From Eledone cirrhosa (lineage: Eukaryota): a stretch of 64,000 nucleotides of DNA. Below the pieces are notes generated by a model. That model searched no databases. It had not been told where the DNA came from and worked only from the letters and a program-made list of their open reading frames with translations. The DNA lies in assembly GCA_964016885.1 (NCBI GenBank), contig OZ024740.1, forward strand, positions 132,184,001 through 132,248,000. The letters are read 5' to 3'. Below are positions 1 through 14,477 of the stretch, piece after piece (within the stretch, counting starts at the first letter, position 1; each line of letters starts with the position of its first letter). A program made the translations under genes and the position numbers.

Positions 1-775
1 TTTTCATACGGGTTTTGTTGTGAAAGGATTAGGAAGCAAAATCCGCTACTGTGTGTCTTCTCGCAATATCCATCAAACTCGAGGTATTTAGGTCTCAATC
101 ATTGTCTAACATGATGGATCAATTATATGACACCATTGTGATAGAATACTAAATGACATGTCTATTAGATTTTTCCAGTGATGACATCCGTTATCCTCCT
201 ACCACTGTCTTGGAACTTAAACCTGATAATGCGGATTTTCAGGTGCCATACCTTACCAAAGGGCAATCCATGGTTTGGCTCGAGGCTGCTTACTCTGTTA
301 TTCACAGCTATGAATGTTGATTTCCCTGAGTTCCTCCGACATTTGACAGGTTTTGATTTTTACCCCAAATACTCTCCAAAAATATCGATCATCAAGAAGC
401 ATGCTTGCCATTTTGTCGCGAACGACCCGATCATGCAACAAGTTGTACTGAGTTACATGTTACCAGTACCGCTGAAAAGCGTCCTAACTTGGAATTAACA
501 TACAGTATCTGCAATAATCTGGCCTAGGAAATTTTAATGAGAATCTTTTGCGAAAAAGGAATGCCGATCAAATTTACATGACTACTAGGATTCATAGAGA
601 ACTACACAATGAGATGAGTTATCTCAGATCACAGAAATACGATATAAATTGGGAATCATTTCATTTAGATTTCTGGAAACATCAAACTTCTTTGAAAATA
701 TATGATCAGAGTAAATAATGTAAGCTTTATCTTTTCAACTGTTAATCAGGAGTACCATTGCTGTAGGAGAACCCT

Positions 776-830
776 ACATCACCCACCTCTTCCAAACGTT
801 CATATACTGTTTGGAAGAGGTGGGTGATGT
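776..830. repeat. Perfect 22-bp inverted repeat with 11-nt loop
   Basis: acatcacccacctcttccaaac (776-797) is the exact reverse complement of gtttggaagaggtgggtgatgt (809-830). Confidence 0.9.
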
Positions 831-1151
831 GCCTTGTTAATCTAACGTCGAGTAATAAGATATGTTAGGCATAAATTAAAAAGATTCTCAACGTGTAGTC
901 ATTCTTATATTGAATCACGTGCATTCATTCGAGACCGTTAAAAGGTATATCTTCAACCGAGTGACAATACATCTAAGTTAATATGGGTATGTTTTAATCT
1001 ATCTTATTCGTACGTAAGTAAATATCATAAGAACTCCGAGATAAATATACTGGATATCCCATGCCGATATACTGGATATCCGATGACGATTTTAATAACA
1101 ATATTCGCTTGTTCACAGCAATTACAATAGTATGCAATAAATGTTGAAATG

Positions 1152-1187
<36 letters not shown>

Positions 1188-1191
<4 letters not shown>

Positions 1192-1400
1192 TCAGCGAAA
1201 ATCGCATTTCGGCGGTAGAAAAAGCGAAACGAAACGCAAAGTCTGAATTATGCTTGCAAGCTTCATAGTTGAAATAAACAGAGCTAAACATATAAGTTAA
1301 AACGCCATACAAAACTGAAAAAGTGGTCAAGAAGGCAATAACCACCTAAGCCCCCAAAAAACAAGTCAAGTTAAACAGGTCAAACAAAATAAATGATAAA

Positions 1401-1445
<45 letters not shown>

Positions 1446-1930
1446 CGGACCTGGACCCATTGGAGTTGATGGTAAAATCCAAATGCAGGGTTTCTATGAC
1501 ACCTAAATCAATAATACTGTCTGCTTAAAACTATAAGCGTTTGGTATAATGATCGAACAAGGAATATCACGTTATTGGCAGGTATTTTTCTCTGCGCCAA
1601 CTTTGTGAACGACGCAGGGCTCTGTAAAAGCACATTAAAACTCACAAGGAAAAAAACCCCAGATTTTAGCAAATAAATTCAGTATGTGTAAATTCTGCAA
1701 AAAATTGCATATATACGACAAATCGAATAAGCGCTCAACCGGGTAGTTTTAAAATAAACTTATACAATTAATCTGTCGATAGAATTATTAACAGGTTAAA
1801 TGTAAGACTCGGGAGATTAATACAAATACAAATTCAGCGAGAATCGCATTTCGGCGGGTAGAAAAAGCGAAACGAAACGCCAAATCAGAGTTATGCTGGC
1901 AAGCGCTCCGATGAGTGGGAGCAGCGATAC
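1188..1930. repeat. (TA)n-flanked interspersed repeat whose head recurs ~640 bp downstream (partial tandem)
   Basis: aaattcagcga.aatcgcatttcggcgg at 1188 and ~1830. A homologous copy with the same layout lies at 62808/63427, sharing internal ggtaaaatccaa...cctaaatca...tactgtctgctta. Confidence 0.7.
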
Positions 1931-2001
1931 CTTGCTTAAACTTTATTCTGTTCTTAAAATATATATAGATATATACACACACACACAAACACACACACAC
2001 C

Positions 2002-2033
<32 letters not shown>

Positions 2034-2145
2034 AGTATCTCTGTAGAAAAGGTAATGCGAAGAAGTGTTCAGGGTAATTATATTGTGTTGTTTATTATAT
2101 AATTGAATATATATATACTTTGTTATTTATTTGTATTATTGATGT

Positions 2146-2233
<88 letters not shown>

Positions 2234-3972
2234 GGTGTGTGTGGGTGTGTGTGTGTGTAACATCAATAATACAAATAAATGACGAATTCGAATTTTAAAA
2301 AATAATTTATAGGAGATAGGTTTTATGAATTCTTACTTAAGTGTCATAACAAAATGTCTTCCGAGTGTGCAAATCAATTAGCTGAAAACGCAATAAAGCT
2401 GAAAATGTATTCGTATTTTTAGTGCAATAAGATAATAATACTACTACTGAAACGAAGTGACATTGCAAACCCACATGCTGCAATACAGAATCAACCTACA
2501 TGCTGCAATATATACGTAAACTGTTTTATATCTTAACCGAGAACGATCACACTTCAAATAGTCGGATATTGATAGAAATATATGGGCAGGTGGTTTTGTA
2601 AGAGGAACTTAAAATTGAGTCTTATAAGGCTTTGATCTCCAGGGATCATACAGAATATATTATATTTCATATTTCTTTACGAAGATTTATTTCATTTGAA
2701 GTGTCCCTTCATTTTAGCTGTACTTACATAGTATTACACATGTGCGCACCAAAATTCACATCAATTATAGTCATATATAAATGATTCTATGTTAACATAT
2801 AGGGGAGTTTGTTAGTGTACATGTTGGATTTGTATGCAATTGTGTTTGATTGTAAGGTCTTTGCAATGAATACTCTGGATAACAATTGCCTCATTCACTT
2901 GTTTCAAATCAAAACTATAAATATAGTCATATAATATAATGTAATATAATATAATATACTTATAAATTATCATATCCACTATTTCGAAATACGCTTGCAT
3001 GTACACGCAATCAATCACACAGACGCACACACACGCGCGCGCGCGCGCACAAAACACATACTTTTAAAAAGAATATCTTTGCTACACATATTTCTTCATA
3101 ACAAATTTAAAGAAAGATGAGACACAACTGAAGCAATTTTTCATTATTACCCTAATAAAAACGTATTTTAACTTCCATACACGAAACAATTATACTTGAA
3201 TAAAAAACAAAAAAAAAATGCTTGTGTGATTTATCTAAATATGTAATAACAGTTTATTTTACTCATTTTAACACCCTTCGACAGCTCTCAATTCGCATTT
3301 GAATTTTTTTCCCTCAAGATTTATTAATTTCCATATGTGAAATGATACCTAGCGTCGGAATATCAATATGCTTCATATTGATGAATACAAACTAAATGAT
3401 ATATGGTGCTGTGCAATTTTATTTTGTCTATTTATTCATTGTTAATTTATTGATAAGTACATATTACTAAAAGCCTTATGTGTGATTTGTGACTGAAGGC
3501 ATTTTCGTGGCTATAAAAACAAATATGTGTAGGGTTATTATTATGTATGTTTAGAAATTCGTAATAGAAATCGAAAAATAAAATATGGTGATGATGATGA
3601 TGATGATTGTGAATGACAACAAACACACAGAGCTGTAGAAATGTGTTGCGACGTCAAAGGTGCCAAATTTATAGGCCATTGCATTTACTTTGGAGAATAT
3701 TGGTGGCGTATACAGATGAGACTGATATATGCGGGTGACAGCTGGTCTTCTATAAACTTTAACGGACTTGGGCGTGAAAGGCAATTTTTCTAACTGCAAA
3801 TCCCATGGTCATTTGTAACCGAAGGGTTCTTTACACCTTTACAAATTTATACAATGATTTATAAATGGAGATATCAACGTACTTCTAACTACATAAGATG
3901 TTGGGTAGCTCGATTAGTTTTTATGATTATTGATACTTCAGAACAAATAAATTCAAGGTAATGTCCAGGATG

Positions 3973-4055
<83 letters not shown>

Positions 4056-4303
4056 TGTGCGTGAATTTGTGTACGTGACTGACTAAACACTGGCGTGCTT
4101 TTTTTCCCGTAAAAACCTTGCGTTTCTTCCTCTTCTTACTCTCATCTATCATTCTATATTCTATTCTGTCTCTCAATCTAAATTCTAATAAAGGACGAAC
4201 GTTTCATTCCTACAATATGAAACGTTAAACAGACATAAATAATCATGTATCTATAGCATTTTCTTGCTTTTTTTTCTTATACACACACACACAAACAAAC
4301 ATA

Positions 4304-4353
<50 letters not shown>

Positions 4354-4482
4354 CGTGTGTGTGTGTGCGTGCATATGTGTAACCTAGAGTTGTTCTCTCC
4401 TTTCCTTGGTTATGATTTGAAGTTATCGCTATAAAATTGAAGTATGGTTTATACAAATCAACATATTATTAACACAAGCTAC

Positions 4483-4484
<2 letters not shown>

Positions 4485-4573
<89 letters not shown>

Positions 4574-4670
4574 TCTCTATCTCTCTCTCATTCCTCTCTC
4601 TCTCTATCTATCTATCTATCTATCTATCTCTATCTCTCTCTCTCCCCCTCTCTCTCATTCCTCTCTCTAT
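4485..4670. repeat. (CT)n/(CTAT)n microsatellite
   Basis: Direct read; another (CT)n tract lies at ~5505-5600. Confidence 0.95.
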
Positions 4671-4689
4671 AGCTGTATGTTTATATATG

Positions 4690-5230
4690 TATAATTATAC
4701 ACACACACATATATTTATATGTATTTGGTGTGCGGGTATATGTGTCGCGCCGGTTTACGTACGTGTGCGCGTGTTTATGTGTACGTGAATGGATATACAT
4801 GCATGGAGTGTGTTTTCGCGTATGCACGTGTATGAACGTACATAGATGTGTGTTTGTATATATTTAATTATTATTTATTTTATGATTTTAATAACCTCTG
4901 TCATTTTTGTTCAAATAAACTCCGAAGCCTAGAATCATTCGCTTTCCTAAATAGAATGTTAGTTTAATGACTCCGTTTATAGCAGAAACGTGGTTTCCCC
5001 TTTGCCTGTAATTGTTTTCAACGCTCCACATAACGATGGATTATCTTCGCTTTTTTCCGTTCATTGCCAGGAAACGTCTTCACGAAGCAAAGTATCGTCT
5101 TCCTGTTTTCCTTAATTTGGAACATTTTCCGAAATATTTACTTCTGCATTCACAGATTGATTCTTTTTAGTTTCAGAAAATCCCGTTAAGGGTGGAAGCA
5201 GCTATTCTTGGCTTCAACTTTAATCTGTTA
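4690..5230 (+). mobile_element. Solo 3' non-coding region (pLTR-like) of a Penelope-like element
   Basis: Colinear similarity with 54555-55160 (aactc.gaagc..aga.tcattcg, ttttttccgttcattgccag, cttctgc.tt.acagatt, tcccgttaa.ggtg.aagcagc), which lies downstream of the Penelope RT/GIY-YIG ORFs. Confidence 0.6.
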
Positions 5231-5498
5231 TGTATATATATATATATATATCCACTGGGCATGGTTTCATATTCGTGAGGCATGGTTTCATATTCGAGCC
5301 AAAACACAAACTGCATCGGGACGATGATAACATACTAATATGTAAACAATGACCTTTTTAACAAATAGCTACATGCTCTTAAGGTGAACTGGTAGTGTCG
5401 TTGTAAGTTCGGTTAAAATGAATTGGTTTCAACATTGCCGTTCCTTCTTTAAAATAGACAAATGTAATGATCAATTTCCGATTCTCTCTCCCTCCCCT

Positions 5499-5599
<101 letters not shown>

Positions 5600-5934
5600 A
5601 CTCATACTCACTCTCTCGAAGTAATCGACTCTTTCGATAAGCTTATGTCATTCCAGAGCCTTTCGTCTCCAACAAGGATTAATATCCAAGAGATTCAGCT
5701 GAAACTCTGCTGGTCCAGGCAAAATTTCGACAGAAGTAGGTGAAATAACCATAGCTACCAGGTTGTTTTAATAGGTGATTCATATTTGGCTTAGAGAATA
5801 GCCATGTTAACAGTGTACTTCATAATGCCAATATCCCAACCTTGCGAGATTCTTGGCTTCCTTTATTGAAACGTTAACTACATTATTTCTCTGAATACCA
5901 AAATATGTATCACTACTTATGCCAAACCTAAAGG

Positions 5935-6525
5935 CATTATTGGCAGTATCGGTAGAGGGTCGGAGGTGATGCTTTGAGGCATAGAGTTACGGCCCTTTCT
6001 ATTCTGAGTTCAAATCCCGCCGAGGTCAACTTTTCCTTTCATCCTTACGGGGTCGATGAAATAAAGTACCAGTAATGTACTGGGTATTTTCTGGCCTTGT
6101 GCCAAATGTAGAAACAAGTATTATATTGATAAAGTGCTGTGGATTGGCAATATCGGTAGAGGGTCGGACGCCATGTTTGAAACAAACAGTTACGGCCCTT
6201 TATGGTCTGAGTTAAATCCCGCCCAGGTTAACTTTTACTATCATCCTTACAGTCGATAAAATAAAGTACCTGTAATACACTGAGATAATTGTTGGCCTTG
6301 TGCCAAAAGTAGAAACAATTATTATATTGATAAAGTTATTGGATTGGAAGTATCGGTAGAGCGTCAGATACCATGCTTTGCAGCATAGAGTCATGGCCCT
6401 TTACGTCCTGATTTCAAATCCCGCCGAGGTTAACTTTGTCTTTCATCCTTACGGGGTCGATCAAATAAAGCACTAGTAATGCACTGGGGTAATTGGTGGG
6501 ATTGTGCCAAAAGTAGAAACATATA
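5935..6525 (+). mobile_element. Three head-to-tail copies of a ~195-bp tRNA-derived SINE
   Basis: Each copy has box A-like tggcagtatcggtag, box B gagttcaaatcc, the core actttgcctttcatccttacggggtcgataaaataaagtaccag (Meta/MESC-like SINE core, from memory) and the tail tggccttgtgccaaaagtagaaac + (att). Confidence 0.85.
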
Positions 6526-7525
6526 TTAAGAGATTTAAGAGAATGTTGAACAGCTCTGAAAAATATACTGTGATGTTCACTATTCATGATATGTGAAATG
6601 TATACTGTTTCGTTAACTTAGAAAATTAGTCAAGTACTACATAAATAATTATACTACAAATATATGACCATTGGAAAATGAAACAATGAAAGATTGCAAA
6701 AATACTGTAAATGAATGAGTGTGGGAAGACTAAGAGGTGTAATAGAATTATTAGGTATATTCGCAATAGAGTAATGCATTGATGATATTGATATCGTTTA
6801 ATATTGAACCCTATAGTCTCCATAATGTTACCAAATATGTATACAAGATGAGCCACTGCTGAGTATCTCTCATCAAATAGCACTCACAAAGAAATTTGTT
6901 GACACGTTGAAGATAAGACGGTATTTATAGAAAAGGGAACAACAGACAGACAAATGATCACAGAGACGAAAACATTGTTAATGTAGATAACAATGAAATC
7001 CATTGCCGTCTTTTAAGATACAGTTGGATTTGTTGATGAGTGGACTGAAGCAACGTGCTCAAAGTTACTAAGCTACGCCGCATATTGGAGACAGGGAGTT
7101 AGTGTGAGAAAAACACAACAATCCTTTCTTTTGGATGTTTTATTCACCAGGTGATTGCTGTCTTATGACGTATATTGCCTCAGAGGGTGTACAACATTTG
7201 ATGATGCTTTGTTATATTCAAGTATACCAGTAATGAACTGGGAAATTGCTGGCCTTGTGCCTAAAGTAGAAAGAAATATATTCCCCCTTTTATTTTTACT
7301 AAATAGTTATAACATGCTCATTAGTTACATAACGTGTATTTAAAAGATTGTAATGTTATTGAAAGATTTATATCTATTCTATCATACTAATTTGTTGTAA
7401 TTTTCTCTATGTTACTATGTGTCACTTATTTCTTTTCCTTACAATGTTTCTTCAATATTTCTTCTATAATGTCATAAGCAATTTAGGCTTAAAAATCTGG
7501 CAATATCCATTAGTTCTGTTTAAAT

Positions 7526-7567
<42 letters not shown>

Positions 7568-7571
<4 letters not shown>

Positions 7572-7745
7572 GTTTCTACGTTTGGCACAAGGCCATCAAA
7601 AACCAGTACATTACTGGTATTTTATTTGATTGACGCCTTAAGGATGAAAGGCAAAGTTAACTTCTGCGGGATTTGAACTCAGACCATATATGGCCTTAAC
7701 TCTTTGCTACAATGCATGGCGTCCGACTCTCTACCGATACTGATA
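7568..7745 (-). mobile_element. tRNA-derived SINE copy
   Basis: Reverse complement of the same SINE (aaggatgaaaggcaaagttaac...gggatttgaactcag). Confidence 0.85.
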
Positions 7746-7914
7746 ATGTAATGTAATTAGAATTTAGCTTCGAACATAGCTGTATACAAATGTGTATTTG
7801 AATTTCGTATTTCTACAGAAATACGGTATGTTTATAAAGAAACATTTAGAAAGTCATAGCTATGAAAAACACTCGCAGCTACCGATATACATCGGTATCC
7901 GGTAAAAGCAAGTG

Positions 7915-9330
7915 GGACAATCGTCGGCTTCTTGGGGCATACCACCATCCTGTGGCACAAGGTGACGTGGGTGCCGATAGGGACGGGTTCTATTATTCCA
8001 AGGCGAACATCGTGGTCAAGTCCGTTTTCAGGTCATTTTGCCAGTGGATTGGGACTGGAATTGGTGTGTGGTGGGCGACTGGTTTGGTATGGGGATCTAT
8101 CATTAGGCGGATTGGTCTAGGGGATCGGTTGATGTTCCCAGATGTTAAATTTAGCTGGAATTATATTATTCCCGCAGACATTGCTCCACTCTACCTCGGT
8201 TCTCTTTGGTGGGTCTGAATGAGAGTGATATGAGAGGAGGAGGTGGCGGTTGGCTTTGCGCGCAGCTGAATGTGTTATACGTCTGCTCACTGGGTGTGTT
8301 GGTGATTGTGGCATGTGTTGTATCCAGTTGTGTGCACGTGTTTACACGACTTTCCCCTATTGTGGGGAAGTTGGGAGAGATCATCCGGAGAGCAATGCAG
8401 GCTTGTTTGGAGAAGAGGATATTGGTGGTTTTGGAAGTGAAGTAGACACCCTATCGGGTCTGGTGCTTTTTAATGGATGGGGCAGTCCCGGATATTGGCA
8501 AGGTGAGAGCACCGATGATTTCGATGGGGCTACTGTTGGCAGTAGTCATCTTGATGTTAACTGGAATGTGATAAATCGGGTCCAGGACAGGAGATTTGCC
8601 CCAGCCAGGTATGACTGGCATAGAGTGCCTGCCATAGTGTTGGGACTGTGAGAGGTGTTGAAAAGCCTAATGCATGTGCATCAGCAGGGTCAGCTTGTGG
8701 AGACATTGACAACGGTGTGAAGGCCAGAAGAGCGCTTCATCCAAGCATTGCCTTATTTGTTGCACACATGGTGATCAAGAGTTATTGCTTCGGTAGAGGG
8801 TCGGGCATGTGTGTCAATTACATTGCAGAAGTTGTTGAATATAGGGGTGGCGTCATCATCAGCCTCCGCTTCATTGCTTTGTGCCTGTCGTTGGTGACGG
8901 CACCGTTGTTGGTGGTAGACACTCTCGTGGTTGTGTGAGATACCAAATTTGGTGCATGTGTGGTTGTAGGCAGGTCATCTTTTCATGCGGTCGAGTACAT
9001 GTCGTCCAGGGCCTTTTTTCCCACAGTGACTACAATGGGCAAGTGACGTATCGGCTTGTCTCCTTGCATCTGTAGGAACTGGAAGCGACTACGATTGAGG
9101 TGATGTCGTATCACAGAAGACGGTTGTCTGAGCGTTTTCCGCTTTCTTTCGCCTTGGCATACATCGAGGTTCATAATCTGCCCTGAGTAACCGAGGATGT
9201 TTAGGCAGATTTCATCATCCACCAATCCTCGATTCAGGGTGTCACAGACCAAGATATCGCTATAGTCGAACGCAGTGTGACATGCGACCGATTGCCACTC
9301 CATTTTGAAATTGCAGACAAGAGCCTGCAT
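7915..9330 (-). mobile_element. Degenerate Gypsy LTR retrotransposon gag-protease-RT N-terminal fragment
   Basis: Minus-strand peptides, broken by stops and frameshifts: DYSDILVCDTLNRGLVDDEI (gag-like), MAGTLCQSYLAG (decayed D-T-G protease motif), ACIALRMISPNFPTIGE, FNIWEHQPIP, LMIDPHTKPVAHHTPIPVPIHWQ, and EPVPIGT..CHRMVVCPKK (RT start). No LTRs seen. Confidence 0.8.
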
Positions 9331-9381
9331 ATGTATGTATATTTATATATATATATATAAATAAACATATATATATATATA

Positions 9382-9845
9382 TGATAATGGGGTGTAGAAC
9401 CCTCAGATAAACGGAAAAAGATGAGTATTGACGTACATGGGAGTCGAACCTACATCTTTGGTTATCCAGACCACTGTGCTACCATTTACACCAACACATC
9501 ACCCATCTCTTTCCATTCAAATTAGAAGCAACATTCTTAGCGAGTACAAATGAGAAGTAAAATATGTTTTGAAACAGTGAGCAGGTTTGAAATTAGAAAA
9601 TAGAATAGCTTTCACCGTAATTTTTGACTAAACAAATTTTAGTCTGATAATGGGGTTTAAAGCCCTCAGATAAATCGAAAAAGGTAACTATTGACTACAT
9701 CGGAGTCAACTCCCATGTACGTTAATACTCCCATGTACGTCTAAACCCCATTATCAGACAACAATTCCTTTAGTCAAAAAATACGGTGAAAGCTATTCTA
9801 TTTTCTAATTTCAAACCTGCTCACTGTTTCAAAACATATTTTACT

Positions 9846-9846
<1 letters not shown>
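9382..9846 (-). mobile_element. tRNA-headed repeat rearranged into a ~105-bp-arm inverted repeat
   Basis: Minus strand 9500-9429 reads gtgttggtgtaaatggtagcac...ggttcgactcccatgtacgtc (box A/box B). 9555-9659 pairs with 9742-9846. Confidence 0.65.
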
Positions 9847-9935
<89 letters not shown>

Positions 9936-9984
9936 ATGTGTGTGTGTGTGTGTGTCTGTGTGTGTGTGTGTATGTGTATGTATG

Positions 9985-10015
<31 letters not shown>

Positions 10016-11072
10016 ATGCGTGTATGAGTGTTTGTATGTGTGTGTATGCGTGTGTGTGTGTGTGCATTTGAAACAAGCCAACATATATAGTTTTTTCGCC
10101 TATGTAGATACGGTGATCAGCCTCATTTGTAAATGGAGCTATAAAAAGCTGTGTATTTTACATTACCTATTGAGTACGTTGTGATGCAACCGGTCCTAGC
10201 ATTGATACATATGCTGTGTCGGTCAACTTCTTATCATTATTGTGTCCCAACTAGTAGATTGATGAGTGTAAGTTAAACAATTTTTCACATTTTTTACTGT
10301 GTTTTGTTTTGATATGCGATCTAATTCCTGCTATTAATTTTCTCTCTCACTCATTTATTAAATCGTTTAAGTTGTGAAATAGTCTGGTTTACGTACGTGG
10401 TTGGTGCTAACAAGCATGCTATTCTATATCGCTGTTTAATGGATGTTAGCATTTAATGTTCGGAGGCACTACCACTGTTACTATCCTGATCCTCTCGCCA
10501 TTGGACTTGGAGACCAGAGCCAAATGCTACTATTCTATTATACAACGATGTAAGACTGCTTTTTCTAATAACCAATTTATCACTATCTTATTAATTTGTG
10601 TTTGAGACACGTTGGCTGAGTCTTATGACGGGAGCGGAAATATTTATTTTCTAATATCCTGCATCACGTAAATGTGTAAATCGGTGGCCGATTGGGGGAC
10701 AGTATGGTATCAGATTCCAGTTGCTAATCACTTTACTGTGTCGGCCGTCACAAGCTGTCATAGCCGGCATGGACTGGAATCGAATTCTGGCGATCTATTG
10801 GTTATTGATTAGGCGATACCCGCTGATAAGCCACATGCACCGAATATGCATTTTTGCATATTATATGCAGACGGAGGGTGCAGAGCACCCTGCTGGTGCA
10901 TTTAGTATGGCCGAAACTCGAGTTCGGGAACTACTATAGGTACCCGTTTACGTGTGCTGTATTGAAGCGAATAACTATGTGTATGTCCTGGGAGTGTATT
11001 TTACATTACCTGTTGAGTACGCTGAGATGCAACCGGTCCAAGCATTGATACATATGTTGGGTCCGTCAACTT

Positions 11073-11130
<58 letters not shown>

Positions 11131-12679
11131 AACACATATTGAGAGTCTACGAGCGAATTACACTTTTTTCCATAAATGACTCTCCAATTGTGTTTACATA
11201 TATTACGTTTTCTGTAATTTTAGAATTTGATAATTCACTGGAGGCTGAAACTTATTTTCAAATGTAATATTTCTTTCACAAATCCGGTATTATATAAGTA
11301 TTCGCCAATTTATGGGCTAATAATGTCCTTTTTGCCTTCGATTTTTTTAATCTTTTTTATTTTATGTTTTGTTTCCCATATAATTTTTGCAAATTCATTT
11401 TATGCAGTTTTTCACTTTGTTATTTAATTTATTTTAAATATTTCATTATTTCAAATATTTGCATTTGTTTTTATTCTTTTATACCTCTTCTTTATATAAT
11501 CTTCATTTACAACTCCCAATACTCATATCATATATCCTGGTTCATATATTTATGTTTCTAATCGGATATATAAATATCATTTTTATTTCCGTTAGTCTTA
11601 TTTAAATATGTTCATTACTCTACTTAATTACACGTAGACGGCCCTCCCCAATATAACAAATCAGTAGAATTCAAAATCATCCTCTCCTACTCACTCCGTT
11701 ACAGTTTATTGTTTATTTTGTCCAAACCTGTACATACATTATCAGCATCTTTCCAAATGAATTGCAATTTCTTGGCAACATAAATTTTGTCTCATGAAAT
11801 TTTTTACATCGCCAAATTTAACTTTCATATTACCAGCATCTTTAAATGTTTATTCTTCATTCCTTTTCTCTTCCTCCTGGCAATGAAACAATCAAATATT
11901 ACCCACTTCTCTCATCACAATGCATTACTAAGCACTGCAGATTTTAGATTTGAGATATGAGTAAGCCTAATTTAACTGGAATGTGTGGATAGATATGATC
12001 CCAATTTGATTTACATTTAGAACCTCACATATTTCAATTAATGTATATATAGAATCCCTAATTCATATAACTTTAATAGGTTGAAATAACCATTTTCCAA
12101 ATATATAATCATATTATCTATGACGACAAAGTCCGGAAAAATGATTGGAATGCATTCATGTTATATTATGAAGTATTCAATGAAGTTAAAATCAACAAGT
12201 GGAAAGCAGAATTTCATCGTACACTCTGGGCAGTATGACGGTTTAGGGTAAATCAGCTTTTACTAATGCTTGTACTGAGAATCTTAGTACATTTATAGTT
12301 TTACGTCAAATACATGTATTGTCGTGTAGCCGTGCAACACCGAAAGCAAGATTAATCTCACGTGTTTTTAACATTACCTTTACTAAGATTTATAAGCACA
12401 CTATTCTCTTTATCACATACCTCCGGTTTTCAGCCCTCCGTTTCTGAAATTATAAAGAAGGCCATGATAAACGATATTGAAAAGAAGATTACTACTACAT
12501 AAAGTATTATTTGAAACACCGGATATCCTACATATATACGAGTTTTAATAAATACATTTTGCCTTGTTTCCTTTTCTTCCATGTTTGACCTTCCAAGCCA
12601 TATGTCAGAATCTTGTTAAAGAATTCTGTGAGTGACATTGCTGTGGTGCTCTTAATATTAATATGTGAATTCATTTCTT

Positions 12680-13084
<405 letters not shown>

Positions 13085-13460
13085 CAAGAGATGCCGAGAA
13101 CGTAGTTACGTGATCTATCAATGCAACGTGAGGACGGAAAACTCCAACAAACCCTATATACGATTAACCGCTTGTAACTTTAAGACCCGGCTCTACTAAC
13201 ACCGACATACACTCAGTAACCCGGCCCTCTACATGCCACTACACTTTCAGGCCACATATGGGACGTCCAAGACAATAACATAACATACCATCTTACTTGG
13301 AGCTTACTGTCCAGGGCTAACTCCTACACGGGAGGACGCCATACGTGTAACTTATGCTCGGAGGAAACAGTACAAATGCTGTTTACGAAGGACCAATCCT
13401 ACACAAAAAGGCGAAGTTGTAACTGGATGTAAATACCGATTGCGTAGGACTTACCTCACC
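13085..13460 (+). pseudogene. Penelope-like GIY-YIG endonuclease remnant
   Basis: VIYQCNV...[16 protein letters not shown], followed by HIW and C-x-L-C-x-x-E-like sequence; matches the GIY-YIG ORFs at 53612 and 61391. Confidence 0.7.
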
Positions 13461-13769
13461 CTCAAACCTCCTCATTCCCCGGGTGGTAGACAATGGATGC
13501 AAAATCATTCTTTTCCCCAATTGCCGAACAAGATACATTGGTATGCATACATTGGTAACGGAACTTCTTTTCTTTTTTCCATTTATCTCTTCCTTCGACT
13601 CCTTCTACTCTTCCTTTTTCCTCTTTCGTCTACCCTGAGGCAACTCAGCGGACTTTTGTAGCCTAAGTACCCCCACCCCAGTAAATTCTGTATAGTATTG
13701 GCCGAAAATGCAATATAACAGCTGCTTTAGACTCTAGTTTTTTTTTATTATTTTATATTATTTAATTTT

Positions 13770-13945
13770 TTAATGTCGGACGCCACGCTTTGACGCATAG
13801 AGTTACGGCCCTTGCCATTCTGAGTTCAAATCCCGCCGAGGTTAACTTTGCCTTTCATCCTTACGGGGTCCATAAAATAAAGTACCAGTAACGTACTGTG
13901 TAATTGCTGGCCTTGTACCAACAAGTAGAAACATGTATTATTATT
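13770..13945 (+). mobile_element. tRNA-derived SINE copy (5' truncated)
   Basis: gagttcaaatcccgccgaggttaactttgcctttcatccttacgggg. Confidence 0.85.
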
Positions 13946-14324
13946 GTTCAATCTCAATTTATTAACCTTTTAATTTTATGGCTTCCCACACGCATATTAC
14001 AGGGGAATTATTTTTCCCCTGCTTTCTAGATAGGCTAATTTCATACACACTCCTATAGAATTCACTTTCAACGCTTGACCAGCTCTACCCACACCACATT
14101 GTTCTACAGGCAAGTTCAGCCACCACCACCTCCCACCCACCACCATGAAAGGTTTAATTGTGTTTACAAGAAATGTTGAGCAATCCATTTGACAACTACA
14201 ATCTTCCCATATAAGGAATTACCCCTTTCAATATAAGGAATTACCATGCTAACAACTCTAATTTAGTCCAGAAATAGCCGTCGAAACGGCTTGAGCTCTG
14301 CCGTTGGGGTCTAGTCTTGAACAT

Positions 14325-14361
<37 letters not shown>

Positions 14362-14477
14362 TGTATATATAGTGTATTTTGCAATTATTGTGAGCTTAAT
14401 TAAAAGCATTTTGAAGACCTTACGCTATTGTTTTAAAGTAGTCACACTTACTTCATTTTTAAACAAATAAAGGGAGA

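Noticed and set aside
178-720. 106-aa ORF and neighbouring sequence as a gene or RT remnant
   Set aside because: No recognisable motif could be confirmed on either strand.
9429-9500. Possible tRNA gene
   Set aside because: Box A/B are present, but I could not form a convincing acceptor stem and anticodon arm, and it is embedded in a repeat; treated as a SINE-like head.
10145-11085. ~95-bp direct repeat (10145-10240 and 10990-11085) as LTRs
   Set aside because: No TG..CA ends, primer-binding site or coding remnant was evident.
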